From the IMG/VR virus record IMGVR_UViG_3300045988_014198: 42,402 nucleotides of DNA; one strand, 5' to 3'. This stretch comes from a virus. Of this stretch, positions 39,780 through 42,402 are shown piece by piece. Position numbers and translations under genes: made by a program. Below the pieces are notes generated by a model. The model searched no databases, was not told the origin of the DNA, and was given only the letters and a program-made list of their open reading frames with translations. Numbering within the stretch: position 1 is the first letter of the stretch; the number at the start of each line of letters is the position of its first letter.

Positions 39780-40513
39780 CGCTTGATGATAAGATCAAGG
39801 CCTTTCTGACTGTGAGCTACGGCTCCGGCGACGGCGACGGCTACGGCTACGGCTACGGCTACGGCTCCGGCGACGGCTCCGGCGACGGCTCCGGCGACGG
39901 CTCCGGCGACGGCTCCGGCGACGGCGACGGCTACGGCTACGGCTACGGCTACGGCTACGGCTACGGCTACGGCGACGGCTCCGGCGACGGCTCCGGCGAC
40001 GGCTCCGGCTACGGCTCCGGCTACGGCTCCGGCGACGGCTACGGAATTAAGCGATTCAACCGGGAAATGGTCTATCAAATTGACGGGATAAACACGCTGA
40101 TTCGTTCCGTGCGCGGAAACACTGCGCACGGGGCAATCGTGAATAATGATTTGACGACCACGCAGTGTTACATCGTCAAGCAGGGCGACATTTTCGCACA
40201 CGGCGAAACGCTGCGCGAGGCAATGGAAGCACTGCGAGAAAAGCTATTTGAGGATATGCCGGAAGATGAACGCATCGACACGTTCCTGCGTGAAACAGAC
40301 CGAGAGAAAGCATATCCGACGCAGTATTTTTACGAATGGCATCATCGCTTGACCGGATCGTGTGACATGGGACGAAAGCAGTTCGCCCGTGACCACGGTG
40401 TTGATCTTGAGCGCGGCGTGATGACACTTACGGAGTTTTTGGAGTTGACAAAAAGTGCTTACGGTGGCGACGTGATTCGAAAAGTGATTAGTAAGATGCA
40501 GGAGGTCGAGTGA
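39776..40513 (+). CDS. G-(Y/D/S) repeat protein, cassette copy A, second gene
   Basis: The ATG overlaps the upstream TGA. It has a short N-terminal segment, a 76-aa G-(Y/D/S) array and a ~165-aa unassigned C-terminal domain. Paralogous to 42283-42402 plus 2-628. Confidence 0.75.
   Translation: MTLDDKIKAFLTVSYGSGDGDGYGYGYGYGSGDGSGDGSGDGSGDGSGDGDGYGYGYGYGYGYGYGDGSGDGSGDGSGYGSGYGSGDGYGIKRFNREMVYQIDGINTLIRSVRGNTAHGAIVNNDLTTTQCYIVKQGDIFAHGETLREAMEALREKLFEDMPEDERIDTFLRETDREKAYPTQYFYEWHHRLTGSCDMGRKQFARDHGVDLERGVMTLTEFLELTKSAYGGDVIRKVISKMQEVE
39818..40045 (+). repeat. Coding microsatellite array (GGC-TAC/GAC/TCC), 76 codons
   Basis: It contains 5 consecutive GGCTCCGGCGAC units and 7 consecutive GGCTAC units. 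Only four codons are used. Confidence 0.9.
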
Positions 40514-40908
40514 TGGTTTCGGACGAAGCATTGAAAAAGCTGCAAGAGCAGATTGCGGCGTGGCCGATGACGCAGCGGTTCGTGGTGCAGCAGCTAATTC
40601 GGGATTATTTGAGGGACCGGGAAGACCTGCGCGCCTACAAGGACACGGGGCTGACACCGAACGATGTGACCGACATGATGGCGGCAAACGGCAATGCAAT
40701 TTGCGAAATCGTGAAACTGAAAGAGGAACTGCAGGGTGTAAAGAACACCGTCGAGCAGTACGCCGCCATCAATGAAACGCTGTTTGACAGCAACATGAAG
40801 CTGGGCGCAGACCGGAAAGCACTTATCAACGAGCTATGCCAATACTGCGGGAAGTACAAACAAGCACACGAGGGCGCCTGTGACGGGTGCAGATGGAGGG
40901 AAATGTGA
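40513..40908 (+). CDS. Hypothetical protein (helical; C-terminal CxxC..CxxC)
   Basis: ATG 40513 lies 7 nt after GGAGG (GTG 40510 is also possible). The C-terminus contains CQYCGKYKQAHEGACDGC. Confidence 0.45.
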   Translation: MVSDEALKKLQEQIAAWPMTQRFVVQQLIRDYLRDREDLRAYKDTGLTPNDVTDMMAANGNAICEIVKLKEELQGVKNTVEQYAAINETLFDSNMKLGADRKALINELCQYCGKYKQAHEGACDGCRWREM

Positions 40909-41453
40909 TGGAACGTCTGACAAAACGCGGCACCGACGGACAGGCAATGATGGACTGTGAGAAGTGCAAAGCGGATTGGACGGGTAAGCATGGCAAGCCG
41001 ATGGCTGACTGCACCGCGCTGTACTGCCGCAATCGCCTCAAGGATCGCCTCGCCGCCTACGAGGACAGAGAGTGTGCGCCGGAGGAAGTTCTACCGAAGG
41101 ACAAGGCAGACGAGATTGCGCTGAAGCTCATGCGTTTTGCTGATTTAGAAAGCCTTTGCAACTATACCCGCCTGAGGGAGCTTGCCGAGGCCGACAAGGA
41201 TGGTCGGGTGGTGGTGCTACCGTGCAAGGTGGGCGATACGGTGTGGATGTACGGAGAAGATTTCGGGACAGTTCTTCCGTACACAATCGACTTGATTTCT
41301 TTTGTGGGCAAAGGCTGCGGTTATTCTGCAAACTACAATCACAATGGTGAACTGATAGATGGCATTGATTTTGAAGATGACGACATCGGCAAGACCGTAT
41401 TCCTGGCCCGCGAGGAGGCGGAGAAAGCGTTGGAGGAGATGAAGGATGACTAA
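40908..41453 (+). CDS. Hypothetical protein (MERLTKR-type N-terminus)
   Basis: 181 aa from an ATG overlapping the upstream TGA. Cys-rich N-terminal part and acidic C-terminus. No family recognised. Confidence 0.45.
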   Translation: MERLTKRGTDGQAMMDCEKCKADWTGKHGKPMADCTALYCRNRLKDRLAAYEDRECAPEEVLPKDKADEIALKLMRFADLESLCNYTRLRELAEADKDGRVVVLPCKVGDTVWMYGEDFGTVLPYTIDLISFVGKGCGYSANYNHNGELIDGIDFEDDDIGKTVFLAREEAEKALEEMKDD

Positions 41454-41640
41454 CTTAAAACCGTGCCCGTTTTGCGGAGGTGAAGCGGTCATAAGCGTCG
41501 ACCCGGATGCAGTGGAGGACACGCAAGGCCGACGTTGGGCGTATAATGCCGTGTGCATTAGGTGTTGTGCAACGTCAGGACTTACGTATACGCCCCGAAA
41601 AGCGAAAGAAGCATGGAACAGGAGGGCTGACAATGGCTGA
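41446..41640 (+). CDS. lar: Lar-family restriction alleviation protein, copy A
   Basis: 64 aa. LKPCPFCGGEAV......C..CCA.....T...A.EAWNRR is the canonical Lar family pattern. Confidence 0.75.
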   Translation: MTNLKPCPFCGGEAVISVDPDAVEDTQGRRWAYNAVCIRCCATSGLTYTPRKAKEAWNRRADNG

Positions 41641-41944
41641 ATACATTGACAAGGAAGCGTTTAAGGAAAGCGTCGAGGAGCGTTATTGCAAGCCGTGCAA
41701 GGCGGATGGAAAAGACCACAACGGATGCTGGTGTCGTGCCTGTTGGGTTGACGATATGATCGATGAGGTAGAGTGTTTCCAGCCCGCTGATGTTGCTCCG
41801 GTGGTACGCTGCAAGGATTGCAAGCACCGTGACATGGGTGTCTGCCTGAAAATTTACTCGGACGGCAACGTACACTCAGCGGCATGGCAGAAGCGAAAGC
41901 CGGAGGACTGCTGCTCCTACGGCGAACGAAATCAAAACCAGTAA
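41633..41944 (+). CDS. Hypothetical Cys-rich protein
   Basis: 103 aa with 11 Cys (CKPC, CWCRAC, CKDC, CC). It overlaps the lar stop. Confidence 0.45.
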   Translation: MAEYIDKEAFKESVEERYCKPCKADGKDHNGCWCRACWVDDMIDEVECFQPADVAPVVRCKDCKHRDMGVCLKIYSDGNVHSAAWQKRKPEDCCSYGERNQNQ

Positions 41945-41989
41945 AATGCCGGCATGCCGGTGAAATAAAAAATACGGAGGAAAGATACC

Positions 41990-42286
41990 ATGAATGAGAA
42001 GAACGAGCAGATGTACATTGTCCGCTGCGACCGCGCAGGCGTGTTTTTCGGTGGCATCAAGGACCGACGCGGCACGGAAGCGACCATGACCAATGTGCGC
42101 AAGCTGTGGTACTGGAACGGTGCCTGCGCCATCGAGCAACTGGCTATGGACGGCACCAAGACCCCCGGTGACTGCAAGTTTACTGTGACGGTACCGTTGA
42201 TGGAAGTGACCGGGGTGATCCAGGTGATCCCCTGCACCGAAAAGGCCACGGCATCCATCAGCGGCGTGAAGGAGTGGAAGCGATGA
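41990..42286 (+). CDS. Small conserved phage protein, cassette copy B, first gene
   Basis: 98 aa with RBS ACGGAGGAAAG. Paralogue of 39489-39779. Confidence 0.65.
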   Translation: MNEKNEQMYIVRCDRAGVFFGGIKDRRGTEATMTNVRKLWYWNGACAIEQLAMDGTKTPGDCKFTVTVPLMEVTGVIQVIPCTEKATASISGVKEWKR

Positions 42287-42402
42287 GCGCGCTGGATGAG
42301 AAAGTCAAAGCATTTTTGTCTGTAAGCTCCGGCTCCGGCTACGGCTCCGGCTACGGCGACGGCTCCGGCGACGGCTCCGGCGACGGCTCCGGCGACGGCT
42401 AC
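42283..42402 (+). CDS. G-(Y/D/S) repeat protein, copy B, 5' part (3'-truncated by the window edge; continues at 2-628)
   Basis: The ATG overlaps the upstream TGA. MSALDEKVKAFLSVSSGSGYGSGYGDGSG... parallels the copy A N-terminus MTLDDKIKAFLTVSYGSGDG. Confidence 0.7.
   Translation, partial: MSALDEKVKAFLSVSSGSGYGSGYGDGSGDGSGDGSGDGY
42324..42402 (+). repeat. Coding microsatellite array (start of the copy B array)
   Basis: Same four-codon vocabulary. The window ends inside it. Confidence 0.9.

Noticed and set aside
39818-40045. Whether the repeat arrays (also 1-163 and 42324-42402) could be a CRISPR array or a non-coding satellite.
   Set aside because: Unit length is 6 or 12 nt with no unique spacers. 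The arrays are always a multiple of 3, in frame with flanking conserved coding sequence, and no cas genes are present.
39506-40201. Minus-strand 231-aa ORF encoding (AVAGAV)n, antisense to the G-(Y/D/S) array.
   Set aside because: It is the reverse-complement reading of the microsatellite. The sense-strand gene has a coupled start, a conserved C-terminal domain and a paralogue, whereas the antisense ORF has none of these.

Overview
The window reads as a complete or nearly complete ~42.4 kb genome of a temperate tailed phage, written in circularly permuted form. It begins and ends inside the same repeat-encoded gene. An attP-like tRNA 3' fragment sits internally next to the integrase, not at the window edges. 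The host is probably a high-GC Firmicute/Clostridia-type bacterium. That is an inference from GGAGG ribosome-binding sites, a Prp-type protease, a Dp-1-type holin, an amidase plus PG_binding_1 endolysin, and GC judged by eye. Gene order on the + strand: end of the early/accessory arm (1-1492); terS, terL, portal, Prp protease, scaffold and N4-gp56-type major capsid (1763-8302); two collagen-like fibre genes (8868-11027); a lysis cassette embedded in the structural operon (11039-12417); tail/internal virion genes including a 1951-aa protein with two HEITH zincin motifs (12429-21596). Then comes a cargo region (21680-26502) holding an Arc/ant-like secondary immunity module and a six-gene cluster of unknown function. 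Next are the attP tRNA fragment (26584-26638) and a minus-strand lysogeny block (integrase, membrane-anchored HTH, membrane protein, CI-like repressor; 26745-29465). A cro-like early operon follows (29643-42402) with a second antirepressor, recombination genes (Sak/Rad52-like, YqaJ-like, SSB, DUF1064), two DNA methyltransferases and two Lar-type zinc ribbons. It also carries a diverged duplication of a two-gene cassette whose second member has a pure G-(Y/D/S) repeat. No tail tube, sheath or tape-measure gene was recognised, so a short-tailed virion is likely (inference). The candidates I rank highest for novelty are the duplicated repeat-protein cassette, the six-gene cargo cluster beside attP, the twin-zincin giant virion protein, and a conserved ~32-nt box ahead of both late-operon segments. 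All functional calls rest on motif recognition by eye; no database search was possible.
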